A stretch of 35,962 bases of DNA, from the NCBI GenBank assembly GCA_038061815.1, contig JBBTYK010000009.1:4335-40296 (forward strand). The letters are read 5' to 3'. The position numbers and the translations under genes were made by a program. The notes below the pieces were generated by a model. That model saw nothing but the letters and a program-made list of their open reading frames with translations, made no database searches and was not told where the DNA came from. The number at the start of each line of letters is the position of its first letter. Position 1 is the first letter of the stretch. Source of the stretch: Patescibacteria group bacterium (GTDB lineage Bacteria > Patescibacteriota > Patescibacteriia > Magasanikbacterales > JBBTXJ01). Shown piece by piece: positions 7,806-14,696 of this stretch.

Positions 7806-7913
7806 ATGAGTGCGTTATCCTCCAATTATTCGGAGCGGTGTCCCCTCGGTGTGCGCGTGCGTTACCCCCTTACTGCACCCACCCATTTGGGAACTACCGA
7901 GAACGGCGACTGA
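7806..7913 (+). CDS. Candidate small ORF (35 aa), very uncertain
   Basis: Its ATG sits in the 9-mer ATACCTATG, which also carries the rpsB and groEL start codons. The peptide MSALSSNYSERCPLGVRVRYPLTAPTHLGTTENGD has no recognisable features. Confidence 0.15.
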   Translation: MSALSSNYSERCPLGVRVRYPLTAPTHLGTTENGD

Positions 7914-8064
7914 TAGTCACGAATTGCGCAAGAACCGGCTGCTGGCGAACGATGAGAAGCGCTGCGTGTCCGCAAGGCCGCATCTTCCGCTTGCGTACTA
8001 TCGAACCGTTGGCCGCTGGGACGCCTTCTTCCGAGCGTGTTAAATAAATGAGAGGAGAGGCCCT

Positions 8065-8235
8065 ATGGTGATATATGATACACGGCTCGGCACATCACCA
8101 TCTATGGGACGCTGGCTCACCGTGCATGGATTTAGAACGCGACGGATTGACCGGCAGAGTGACCAGATGATTCGGTTGTCGCTGTTGACACATCAGGAGG
8201 CGCATGGGCGTTACGAGGGATTGGGAGCGAGCTAG
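8065..8235 (+). CDS. Candidate small ORF (56 aa)
   Basis: GAGAGGAGAGG lies 5-7 nt upstream of ATG 8065 (context CCTATG). TAG at 8233-8235 is followed 19 nt later by a strong + strand terminator. It is below the ORF-track size cut-off. No family recognised. Confidence 0.35.
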   Translation: MVIYDTRLGTSPSMGRWLTVHGFRTRRIDRQSDQMIRLSLLTHQEAHGRYEGLGAS

Positions 8236-8253
8236 CAGGCAGTAAGGGGCGAT

Positions 8254-8285
8254 AACGCAGCGCAACCGCGCTGCGTTTGGTTTTT
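8254..8285 (+). terminator. Rho-independent terminator for a + strand transcript, abutting the convergent GT-C gene
   Basis: aacgcagcgc (8254-8263) pairs with gcgctgcgtt (8268-8277) around loop aacc, followed by TGGTTTTT. There is no T tract on the minus-strand side. Confidence 0.7.
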
Positions 8286-9687
8286 ATTTCTCGTACCGCT
8301 CAATCATTACCGACCCCATGCCGTCAAAGTTTTTTGTTTCCTCATAGTTCCACCCATGCTCCTCAAGCCACTCGCGGACGCCAAGCACGTACGGGTCGCT
8401 CTGTACAACGAGAAGTTCGCCGTTTTTTGGGACAAGCGCCGCGAGTTGTTCGCGGAGATAGTCTGGTTTCAGCTCCCAGCGCCAGTTGTGAGCGAGGAGC
8501 GTTTGAATTGACGTATCGGCGGTGCCGGGCGCAGGGATAACGAGCGCTGGTACGGCGTCGCGATAGTAATGGCGAAATGGTAGCGCATTGACAGTCCACG
8601 GTATGAGTGTAATGGCGTCTTGTTGCGTTTCCGCAAATGCCGCAGCGCGGTCCCAACTGAAACGGAAGGTGCGCGTGAGTTGTGCGGTGCTCACTATGGC
8701 TATAACTATCAAAAATGCGGCCATCGCGGCGCGCCAGCGCGCGGTTACGGCGCCAATGATAATGGCGATGACCGGAAGCAAAAACAAAAAGTACTTGATT
8801 TTCGGCGGGCCGACGAGCAGAGCCACTATAAATCCGAGACCGAGAACGGTTATAGGAAGGAGCAGTGCGGTTTGTTTGGCGCGGATGCCGCGATAGAGGG
8901 CATATGCAACAAAGCCGAGCATCGCAGTAAACACGAGCCAATAGACATACCATGGCACAGTGCCAGCCACCATCGTGAGCGAACTCAACATACTGAACGG
9001 CCAGCCGCGGCGCGCTTCCGCGTGCGCGAACCAGCTGTTTGACGCAATGGCTCCCACTTTCGGCAAAAATGACCATGCAAACCAGAGGCCCCAAACGGTG
9101 ATGAGTACAAAATGTGTACAGTGCCACCGTCGCCTATTTTGTTTTTCATGCGTCAGCGCGCCCCACAAATAATAGGCGAACGCAGGGATGATGGCATACA
9201 AATGGCTGGCGAGCAGCAAGGGCAAACTTACATAATACGCGCGATGGCGATGCGTGATGAGAAAAAAGCAGGTGAGCAGTGTCAAAAACACAAACAGCGC
9301 ATACATACGCGCTTCGGTGGAGAAATAGATAAGGGTGGGCGAGACCGCAACGAGCGCGGCGGCGATGAGGCCAGCAGCAGGATTGGCGAGTTTTTTTCCA
9401 ATCAATCCAACCAATGGAATGGCTGCAACGCCAAGCGCAAGAGCCGGCAACCGCACAATCCATTCGGCGTGCGGCAGCAGATGCGCCCATGGCCACATGA
9501 TGATGGTCCAGAGTGGCGGGTTGGTGTCTTGGCTCGCAAGGCGCAGCATCTCAAGAAACGGCAGTTTCGCGAGTTCCAGCGTGAACAGTTCGTCAAACCA
9601 AAAACTTCCGCGCGTGATGAGAAAAACGCCGCGCGGAATCGCGCCGAGGATGGTTATGATAAATAGCCAACGAGAGAAATGTGACAT
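8284..9687 (-). CDS. GT-C fold glycosyltransferase (ArnT/PMT-like, GT39/GT83-type)
   Basis: 467 aa with 11 or more TM helices. The first loop, FWFDELFTLELA, carries the acidic DE motif typical of GT-C enzymes. Soluble C-terminal ~100 aa. Confidence 0.85.
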   Translation of the reverse strand: MSHFSRWLFIITILGAIPRGVFLITRGSFWFDELFTLELAKLPFLEMLRLASQDTNPPLWTIIMWPWAHLLPHAEWIVRLPALALGVAAIPLVGLIGKKLANPAAGLIAAALVAVSPTLIYFSTEARMYALFVFLTLLTCFFLITHRHRAYYVSLPLLLASHLYAIIPAFAYYLWGALTHEKQNRRRWHCTHFVLITVWGLWFAWSFLPKVGAIASNSWFAHAEARRGWPFSMLSSLTMVAGTVPWYVYWLVFTAMLGFVAYALYRGIRAKQTALLLPITVLGLGFIVALLVGPPKIKYFLFLLPVIAIIIGAVTARWRAAMAAFLIVIAIVSTAQLTRTFRFSWDRAAAFAETQQDAITLIPWTVNALPFRHYYRDAVPALVIPAPGTADTSIQTLLAHNWRWELKPDYLREQLAALVPKNGELLVVQSDPYVLGVREWLEEHGWNYEETKNFDGMGSVMIERYEK

Positions 9688-9688
9688 A

Positions 9689-9736
9689 CTAATTAGATTG
9701 CTTCGTCGCTCGCTACGTTCGCTCCTCGCAATGACA
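9689..9736. repeat. Hairpin-module singlet (ATTGC box), minus orientation
   Basis: The reverse complement reads tgtcATTGCgagg...gacgaaGCAATctaattag. It fills the whole prfA / GT-C gene spacer. Confidence 0.8.
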
Positions 9737-10777
9737 TCAACTTCGTGCCGCTTTTCTCAACTCCGCAATCATGCCGTCCAAATCTCCGTCTAAAATACTC
9801 GCGATGTTGCTCCAGCTTTCTTTAATGCGGTGGTCGGTGATGCGGTCTTGGGGGAAATTATACGTGCGGATTTTTTCGCTGCGCTCGCCAGTGCCGATTT
9901 GTTTTCGGCGTTCGGACACTTCGGTGGAATGGCGCCTTTCTTCTTCAATGTCCATGAGCCGCGCGCGCAAAATGGCCATCGCCTGTTCGCGATTTTGGTT
10001 CTGGTAGCGTTCATTTTGGCACTGCACTACGATGCCGGACGGGATATGCGTGATGCGCACTGCGGTTTCCACTTTATTTACATTCTGGCCGCCCTTGCCG
10101 CCGGAGCGATAGGTGTCCAGTCTCAAATCTTTGGGGTCAATGCGGATTTCGGTTTCTTCAATCTTCGGCAATACTGCCACCGTTGCGGTTGAGGTGTGAA
10201 TGCGCCCTTGTTTCTCCGTTTCCGGCACGCGCTGAACGCGGTGCACGCCCTGTTCATACTTGAGCGCGCGGTACACATGGTCTCCGGTGATTTCCGCGGT
10301 AATTTCTTTATAGCCGCCGATGCCGATGCGATTTTCATCCAGCACGCGCACGCGCCAGCCTTTGCGTTCCGCAAAGCGTGAATACATGCGATACAAATCC
10401 GCGGCAAACAGCGCGGATTCATCGCCGCCGGTTCCAGCGCGGATTTCAACGATGACGTCTTTTGCGTCGCGCTGGTCCTTGGGCGAGAGCGCTTCCTCAA
10501 GTTGCGCTTCAATCTCTCCGCGCTCTTTGGCCAGTCCGGCCAATTCAAAATCCGCCAGCTCTTTCATTTCATGGTTTTCTTCCGTACCCGCAAGCAGTTC
10601 CGTCTCTTTTATTTTCGCCTGTACACCCTCAAGGCGCGTGATAAGGTCCGCGGTCTTTTTGAGGTCGCTGTATTCCTTTGACAGTTTCGCGAGTTTTTTT
10701 GGGTCGCTCGCGGCGTGTTGGAGCTCCGTTTCTATCTCTGCAAGGCGGGTTTTGATGGTTTGGTAGTTAGTGGGCAT
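9737..10777 (-). CDS. prfA: Peptide chain release factor 1
   Basis: [17 protein letters not shown] (PxT-type motif) and [24 protein letters not shown] (GGQ). ATG 10777 ([12 protein letters not shown]...) is preferred over the ORF-track TTG 10825. Confidence 0.93.
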   Translation of the reverse strand: MPTNYQTIKTRLAEIETELQHAASDPKKLAKLSKEYSDLKKTADLITRLEGVQAKIKETELLAGTEENHEMKELADFELAGLAKERGEIEAQLEEALSPKDQRDAKDVIVEIRAGTGGDESALFAADLYRMYSRFAERKGWRVRVLDENRIGIGGYKEITAEITGDHVYRALKYEQGVHRVQRVPETEKQGRIHTSTATVAVLPKIEETEIRIDPKDLRLDTYRSGGKGGQNVNKVETAVRITHIPSGIVVQCQNERYQNQNREQAMAILRARLMDIEEERRHSTEVSERRKQIGTGERSEKIRTYNFPQDRITDHRIKESWSNIASILDGDLDGMIAELRKAARS

Positions 10778-10783
10778 AGACGT

Positions 10784-10817
10784 AGTATATAACAAAACAG
10801 ACTGAACGTCTGTTTTG
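10784..10817 (-). promoter_or_regulatory. Perfect 10-bp palindromic hairpin plus extended -10-like TGtTATATA between rpmE and prfA
   Basis: caaaacagac (10793-10802) pairs with gtctgttttg (10808-10817). On the minus strand this is followed by TGTTATATACT, ending about 6-8 nt before the prfA ATG. Confidence 0.35.
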
Positions 10818-10825
10818 TTGAGCAA

Positions 10826-11113
10826 CTATTTTTTGTCTGTTTTTGCTTTCCGCGTGGCCCGCGCCGTTGTGCGTTTCACGGTCTTGCCGCGCTTGCCTTT
10901 GGCCGCCGCTTCGCGCTTCGCGGTGCGCTCCTGGAATTTCTCCACGCGCCGCGCGGTGTCCACGAACTTCTGTTTGCCGGTGTAAAACGGATGGCACTTG
11001 TTGCACAATTCAACCTCTATTTGTTCAAGGGTGGAACCCACGGTGAACGTGTGTCCGCAGGCGCATTTCACGGCCGCTTCTTTATAATAGGTGGGGTGGA
11101 TGTCAGTTTTCAT
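10826..11113 (-). CDS. rpmE: 50S ribosomal protein L31
   Basis: [10 protein letters not shown]...KCACGHTF...[14 protein letters not shown], with a Lys/Arg-rich C-terminal extension. Confidence 0.93.
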   Translation of the reverse strand: MKTDIHPTYYKEAAVKCACGHTFTVGSTLEQIEVELCNKCHPFYTGKQKFVDTARRVEKFQERTAKREAAAKGKRGKTVKRTTARATRKAKTDKK

Positions 11114-11119
11114 GTGGAT

Positions 11120-11148
11120 AGTGTAGCAGTGGGCTGTTTGCCCGTCAA
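11120..11148 (-). promoter_or_regulatory. Promoter for rpmE; geometry predicts a leaderless mRNA
   Basis: Minus strand: TTGACG (11148-11143), 17-nt spacer with TGc, TACACT (11125-11120), then only 6 nt (atccac) before ATG 11113. Confidence 0.6.
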
Positions 11149-11152
11149 GCCC

Positions 11153-11181
11153 TTGACGCCTTTCGGCTGTTCCGCTATACT
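11153..11181 (+). promoter_or_regulatory. Promoter for rpsB-tsf, divergent and back-to-back with the rpmE promoter
   Basis: TTGACG (11153-11158), 17-nt spacer, TATACT (11176-11181). The ~65-nt leader contains ccgcgc/gcgcgg and cccca/tgggg pairings. Confidence 0.6.
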
Positions 11182-11251
11182 CTACCCATCTTACCAGCCG
11201 CGCTTTTCATTCTCCCCAATGGGGTCGCGCGGTGAAGCTAAAAGAATACCT

Positions 11252-12016
11252 ATGGTAACCATTCCAACACTGGAGGACATGCTCAAGGCTGGGGTGCATT
11301 TTGGGCACAAAGTCAGCAACTGGCATCCCAGCATGGAACCCTACATTTTTACGGAGCGAAGCGGGGTTCACATTATCAATCTTGAGCTCACGCGGAAGAA
11401 ACTGGAAGAAGCGCTTGAGGCCGCGCGCCGGATGGCGGCGGAAGGCAAAACGATTGTTTTCGTAGGCACGAAAAAACAGGCGCAGGACATCGTGCGGCAG
11501 TATGCGGAACAATGCGGCATGCCGTACGCCAACGAACGCTGGATCGGCGGGCTCATCACGAATTTCGGTGAAATCCACAAGCTCATCAAAAAGTATCTGA
11601 CGCTGAAAGAACAAAAAGTGAACGGCGAACTTGAAAAGTACACAAAAAAAGAACAACTGGAGTTTGAGCGCGAGATTGAACGTTTGAGTCACATGGTGGG
11701 CGGTATTGCTACGCTTGAACGGCTGCCGGACGCGCTGTTCGTGCTTGACATGCGCGGCGAGAAAACCGCGCTCACGGAAGCGACGCGAAAAAATGTGACG
11801 GTGTTCGGCCTCTGCGACACCAACGCCAATCCGGCACGCGCCACGTACGTGATTCCGGCCAACGATGATGCCGTGAATTCCATCACGATGGTTGCATCGC
11901 TCATGGCCGAGGCCATCGCCGAGGGCCGTGCGGAATGGAAAGAAAAGCAGGCGACGCTGGCGGTGAAAAAAGACGAAAAAGTGGGACGCGTATTCACCAA
12001 GGAACAATCGGAGTAG
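11252..12016 (+). CDS. rpsB: 30S ribosomal protein S2
   Basis: MVTIPTLEDMLKAGVHFGHKVSNWHP... ATG 11252 sits in the context ATACCTATG. The ORF-track start 10991 would overlap rpmE and both promoters. Confidence 0.95.
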   Translation: MVTIPTLEDMLKAGVHFGHKVSNWHPSMEPYIFTERSGVHIINLELTRKKLEEALEAARRMAAEGKTIVFVGTKKQAQDIVRQYAEQCGMPYANERWIGGLITNFGEIHKLIKKYLTLKEQKVNGELEKYTKKEQLEFEREIERLSHMVGGIATLERLPDALFVLDMRGEKTALTEATRKNVTVFGLCDTNANPARATYVIPANDDAVNSITMVASLMAEAIAEGRAEWKEKQATLAVKKDEKVGRVFTKEQSE

Positions 12017-12022
12017 CAATGT

Positions 12023-12062
12023 GTCATCCTGGAGGCCTTGCGAAGCGAGGCCGATAGGATCC
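12023..12062. repeat. Hairpin-module singlet (ATCCT box) in the rpsB-tsf spacer
   Basis: gtcATCCTggag-ggcct/aggcc-gatAGGATcc. Confidence 0.75.
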
Positions 12063-12072
12063 AGACCTTATT

Positions 12073-12687
12073 ATGACGATAGACATAACCATCATTCAAA
12101 CGCTCCGCGCCAAGACGGGCGCAGGAGTTGCGGATTGCAAAATCGTGCTTGAAGAAACGAACGGCGACCTTGTTGCTGCGGAAAAATTGCTCCGCGAGCG
12201 CGGCGCCATCAAAGCGTCCAAGCGCACGGATAAGGAAACCAATGAAGGTGTGATTACTTCCTACATTCACCCGGGTGGAAGAGTGGGAGTACTTTTGATG
12301 CTCACCTGCGAAACGGATTTTGTGGCGCGGAACGAAAAGTTTCAACAGCTGGCGCGTGAACTGGCCATGCAAGTGGCGGCGGCAGACCCGCTCTATATTC
12401 GCGCGGAAGATATCCCGGCCGCGGATTTGGAGCGCGAGAAAGACATCATGCGCACGCAATTGGCGAACGAAGGCAAGCCAGCCGCGATGATTGATAAAAT
12501 CATTGAGGGCAAACTCAACGCATGGTACGAGGAAGTGTGCTTCTTGAATCAAAAGTATCTGAAAAACGAGGAAATCACGGTGGGCGAACTCATTAACCAG
12601 GAAATTGCATCGCTCGGCGAACGAATTGCAGTGAAACGGTTTGTGAAGTTTGGGCTGACCGGCGGCAACCGCGGTTGCGGGCTCTAA
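12073..12687 (+). CDS. tsf: Elongation factor Ts (short form, 204 aa)
   Basis: LRAKTGAGVADCKIVLEETNGDLVAAEKLLRERG (UBA-like N-terminus) and CETDFVARNEKF. Confidence 0.95.
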   Translation: MTIDITIIQTLRAKTGAGVADCKIVLEETNGDLVAAEKLLRERGAIKASKRTDKETNEGVITSYIHPGGRVGVLLMLTCETDFVARNEKFQQLARELAMQVAAADPLYIRAEDIPAADLEREKDIMRTQLANEGKPAAMIDKIIEGKLNAWYEEVCFLNQKYLKNEEITVGELINQEIASLGERIAVKRFVKFGLTGGNRGCGL

Positions 12688-12690
12688 CAT

Positions 12691-12714
12691 AAAACCACCC
12701 TAGGGTGGTTTTAT
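12691..12714 (+). terminator. Rho-independent terminator after tsf
   Basis: aaaaccaccctagggtggtttt is a palindrome ending in a T tract, 4 nt after the TAA. Confidence 0.75.
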
Positions 12715-12721
12715 GATTGTG

Positions 12722-12730
12722 TGATATACT
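12722..12730 (+). promoter_or_regulatory. Extended -10 promoter element upstream of gap
   Basis: TGaTATACT. No convincing -35. Confidence 0.4.
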
Positions 12731-12734
12731 ATAT

Positions 12735-12811
12735 GTCATTGCGAGGAGGGCCGATAGCCATCGGCCCGACGAAGCAATCTAATTAGATTGCTTCGCTCCG
12801 CTCGCAATGAC
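12735..12811. repeat. Hairpin-module doublet (ATTGC + ATTGC boxes) forming the gap 5' leader
   Basis: gtcATTGCgagg-gggccgat/atcggccc-gacgaaGCAATc TAATTA gATTGCttcgctccgctcGCAATgac. Its termini are GTCAT...ATGAC. Confidence 0.85.
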
Positions 12812-12813
12812 CC

Positions 12814-13818
12814 ATGAACACCATTCGTCTCGCTATCAACGGATTCGGACGCATTGGACGCAATGCGTTTAAGGTTGCGTTTGAACGCAAGGATGTTGTT
12901 GTAGTTGCGTTGAACGATTTAACGGATACGCGCACGCTCGCGCATTTGTTGAAATACGATACGATGTACGGCATCTACGGAAGGGAAGTTGGGTATGATG
13001 AGGAGCATCTGATAGTTGATGGTAAAAAGATTCCCGTGTATGCAAGCCCGGAGCCGGCAAAACTGCCGTGGAAGGAATTGCAGATTGATGTGGTGGTTGA
13101 ATCCACCGGACGATTTACGTCCGAGGAGGGCGCGCGGCAGCATTTGAAGGCCGGCGCGCGGCGGGTGGTTATTTCCGCGCCCGCAAAAGGCGGCAATGTG
13201 CCAACATTTGTGCGCGGCGTGAATGACGCATCGTACGCGGGGCAGGAGATTGTGAATAACGCATCGTGCACCACGAATTGCATTTCGCCCGTGATGGCGA
13301 TTATGGACGCGCGGTTCGGCGTGGAAAAAGCGTTTATGACCACGGCGCACGGCTATACCGCGGACCAGAATCTGCAGGACGGGCCGCATCGCGATTTGCG
13401 CCGTGCGCGGGCGGCGGCGTTGAATATCGTACCCACCACTACCGGCGCCGCGATTGCCACTACGGAAACTCTGCCGCAACTGAAAGGGAAATTTGACGGC
13501 ATCGCGCTTCGGATTCCGGTTGCGGTTGGTTCGCTGTCGGATTTTTCCATTCTTATCAAAAGAGCAACCAGCGTGGAGGAAGTGAAAAAAGTGTTTCGCG
13601 CGGCGGCAAAAAATCCGTTGTACAAAGATGTGCTGCAAGTGACGGAGGACCCGATTGTATCCAGCGACATCATCGGCAATCCCGCAAGCGCCATTGTGGA
13701 TTTGGAATTGGTGAAAGTGCTTGACGGCAATTTTGTCAAAATTCTCGCGTGGTACGACAATGAGTACGGCTACTCGCACCGGCTGGTGGAGATGGCGGTG
13801 ATGGTGGGACGGGGATAA
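12814..13818 (+). CDS. gap: Type I glyceraldehyde-3-phosphate dehydrogenase
   Basis: INGFGRIGRN NAD-binding motif, catalytic SCTTNC, WYDNEYGYS. 334 aa. Confidence 0.95.
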   Translation: MNTIRLAINGFGRIGRNAFKVAFERKDVVVVALNDLTDTRTLAHLLKYDTMYGIYGREVGYDEEHLIVDGKKIPVYASPEPAKLPWKELQIDVVVESTGRFTSEEGARQHLKAGARRVVISAPAKGGNVPTFVRGVNDASYAGQEIVNNASCTTNCISPVMAIMDARFGVEKAFMTTAHGYTADQNLQDGPHRDLRRARAAALNIVPTTTGAAIATTETLPQLKGKFDGIALRIPVAVGSLSDFSILIKRATSVEEVKKVFRAAAKNPLYKDVLQVTEDPIVSSDIIGNPASAIVDLELVKVLDGNFVKILAWYDNEYGYSHRLVEMAVMVGRG

Positions 13819-13824
13819 TAGGTA

Positions 13825-13853
13825 TTGACAAGTCATTATAAATACAATACACT
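13825..13853 (+). promoter_or_regulatory. Promoter of the dinJ-yafQ operon
   Basis: TTGACA (13825-13830), 17-nt spacer, TACACT (13848-13853). Short gtaca/tgtac inverted repeats between the -10 and ATG 13880 could be operator sites. Confidence 0.6.
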
Positions 13854-13879
13854 GACAGTACAGGTATTATTGTACGTCT

Positions 13880-14158
13880 ATGTCTCGCTATCAAAGTTAC
13901 ATTCAAGTGCGTATTGAAGAGCGCACGAAGAAGCAAGCCCAAAAAGTATTGGAAGATTTGGGGCTTGATTTAACGACGGCGGTCAAAATGCTCTGCAAAC
14001 AAATTGTCCACACGGGCGCACTACCGCTTGAGTTGCGTGATGCCAATGGTTTTACGGCCCAAAAGGCGGCCGAGTTGCGTTTGGCGCAATATGAGGCCAT
14101 GGCGTCTGCCAAAACATTTAAATCAGCCAAACATCTGCTGGATGACGCGCTCGCTTAA
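13880..14158 (+). CDS. dinJ: Type II antitoxin, RelB/DinJ family
   Basis: IQVRIEERTKKQAQKVLEDLGLDLTTAVKMLCKQIV is a ribbon-helix-helix N-terminus resembling DinJ. It lies 3 nt upstream of the toxin gene. Confidence 0.85.
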   Translation: MSRYQSYIQVRIEERTKKQAQKVLEDLGLDLTTAVKMLCKQIVHTGALPLELRDANGFTAQKAAELRLAQYEAMASAKTFKSAKHLLDDALA

Positions 14159-14161
14159 CGT

Positions 14162-14440
14162 ATGCTTCAACTGAAGTACAGCGGCACGTTTAAGAAGGAT
14201 TTAAAGAAAGTCAGCGGATTGCCGCAGTTTAATCGCTCACACGTTGAGCGCATACTTGCGCGACTTGCTGGGGGAGAACGGTTGGAACCACGTTATCGGA
14301 ATCATGTGTTGAAGGGACGGTTTCAAGGATGCTTTGAGTGTCATTTACGGCCTGATTTACTGTTGATTTATCAAATAGACCGTCAAGCGCATTTGCTTCT
14401 TTTGCTTCGGATAGGTTCACATTCAGAATTGTTTGGGTAA
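14162..14440 (+). CDS. yafQ: Type II toxin, RelE/YafQ family mRNA interferase
   Basis: YSGTFKKDLKK...HVLKGRFQGCFECHLRPDLLLIYQI...RIGSHSELF parallels YafQ (H..L.G....H..PD.L.IY...R.G.H..LF). Confidence 0.85.
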   Translation: MLQLKYSGTFKKDLKKVSGLPQFNRSHVERILARLAGGERLEPRYRNHVLKGRFQGCFECHLRPDLLLIYQIDRQAHLLLLLRIGSHSELFG

Positions 14441-14467
14441 ATTTTCATAGAAAAAAAGAAGCCGCGC

Positions 14468-14496
14468 AAAAAATCGCTATAAATAAGCGATTTTTT
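14468..14496 (+). terminator. Rho-independent terminator after yafQ
   Basis: aaaaaatcgct pairs with agcgatttttt around a 7-nt loop. Confidence 0.75.
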
Positions 14497-14502
14497 GGTC
14501 TC

Positions 14503-14531
14503 TTGACACACTTCGGCGGTTTTGTTACCAT
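14503..14531 (+). promoter_or_regulatory. groESL promoter
   Basis: TTGACA (14503-14508), 17-nt spacer, TACCAT (14526-14531). Confidence 0.65.
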
Positions 14532-14546
14532 TTGTTTCCGAGCCGT

Positions 14547-14573
14547 TTAGCACTCTTTTTAGGTGAGTGCTAA
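14547..14573 (+). promoter_or_regulatory. CIRCE operator (HrcA binding site)
   Basis: TTAGCACTC-tttttaggt-GAGTGCTAA is a perfect match to the consensus TTAGCACTC-N9-GAGTGCTAA, 16 nt downstream of the -10. Confidence 0.95.
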
Positions 14574-14579
14574 TCCCGT

Positions 14580-14666
14580 GTCATTCCGAGCGAGCGAAGC
14601 GAGCCGAGGAATCTAATCGTGAGATTTCTCCATTCACTCACGAGGCGTTCGTTCAGTCGAAATGAC
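14580..14666. repeat. Hairpin-module doublet (ATTCC + ATTTC boxes) in the groESL leader
   Basis: gtcATTCCgagcgagcgaagcgagccgagGGAATc taatcgtga gATTTCtcc...gtcGAAATgac. Confidence 0.8.
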
Positions 14667-14696
14667 CAGCTGAAAACTATTTAATCACCTATATCT

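Noticed and set aside
7864-7880. 14/15-nt match CCCCCTTACTGCACC (island) versus CCCCCTTACTTCACC (18531-18545, leader of the 240-aa gene)
   Set aside because: A back-of-envelope expectation for 14/15 matches between two strands of a 36-kb window is well above one, so I treat it as chance.
7948-8043. In-frame peptide beginning ANDE..., reminiscent of the E. coli tmRNA tag ANDENYALAA
   Set aside because: The reading frame continues for about 32 residues and ends ...FFRAC rather than a hydrophobic LAA-type end. No tRNA-like domain flanks it.
7554-8283. Possible RNase P RNA, tmRNA, SRP RNA, tRNA or common riboswitch in the ORF-poor island
   Set aside because: On neither strand did I find GGAAAGUCC / ACAGAA..GGCUUA (RNase P), a GGUUCGA-type T-arm with an acceptor/CCA end (tRNA, tmRNA), the SRP GGAAG..AGCAGC loop, or TPP, SAM, glycine, cobalamin or fluoride cores. 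An Infernal scan is still needed.
10991-11251. Upstream extension of the rpsB ORF (ORF-track start 10991)
   Set aside because: It would overlap rpmE on the opposite strand and both divergent promoters. S2 homology begins at MVTIPTLEDMLKAGVHFGH (ATG 11252).
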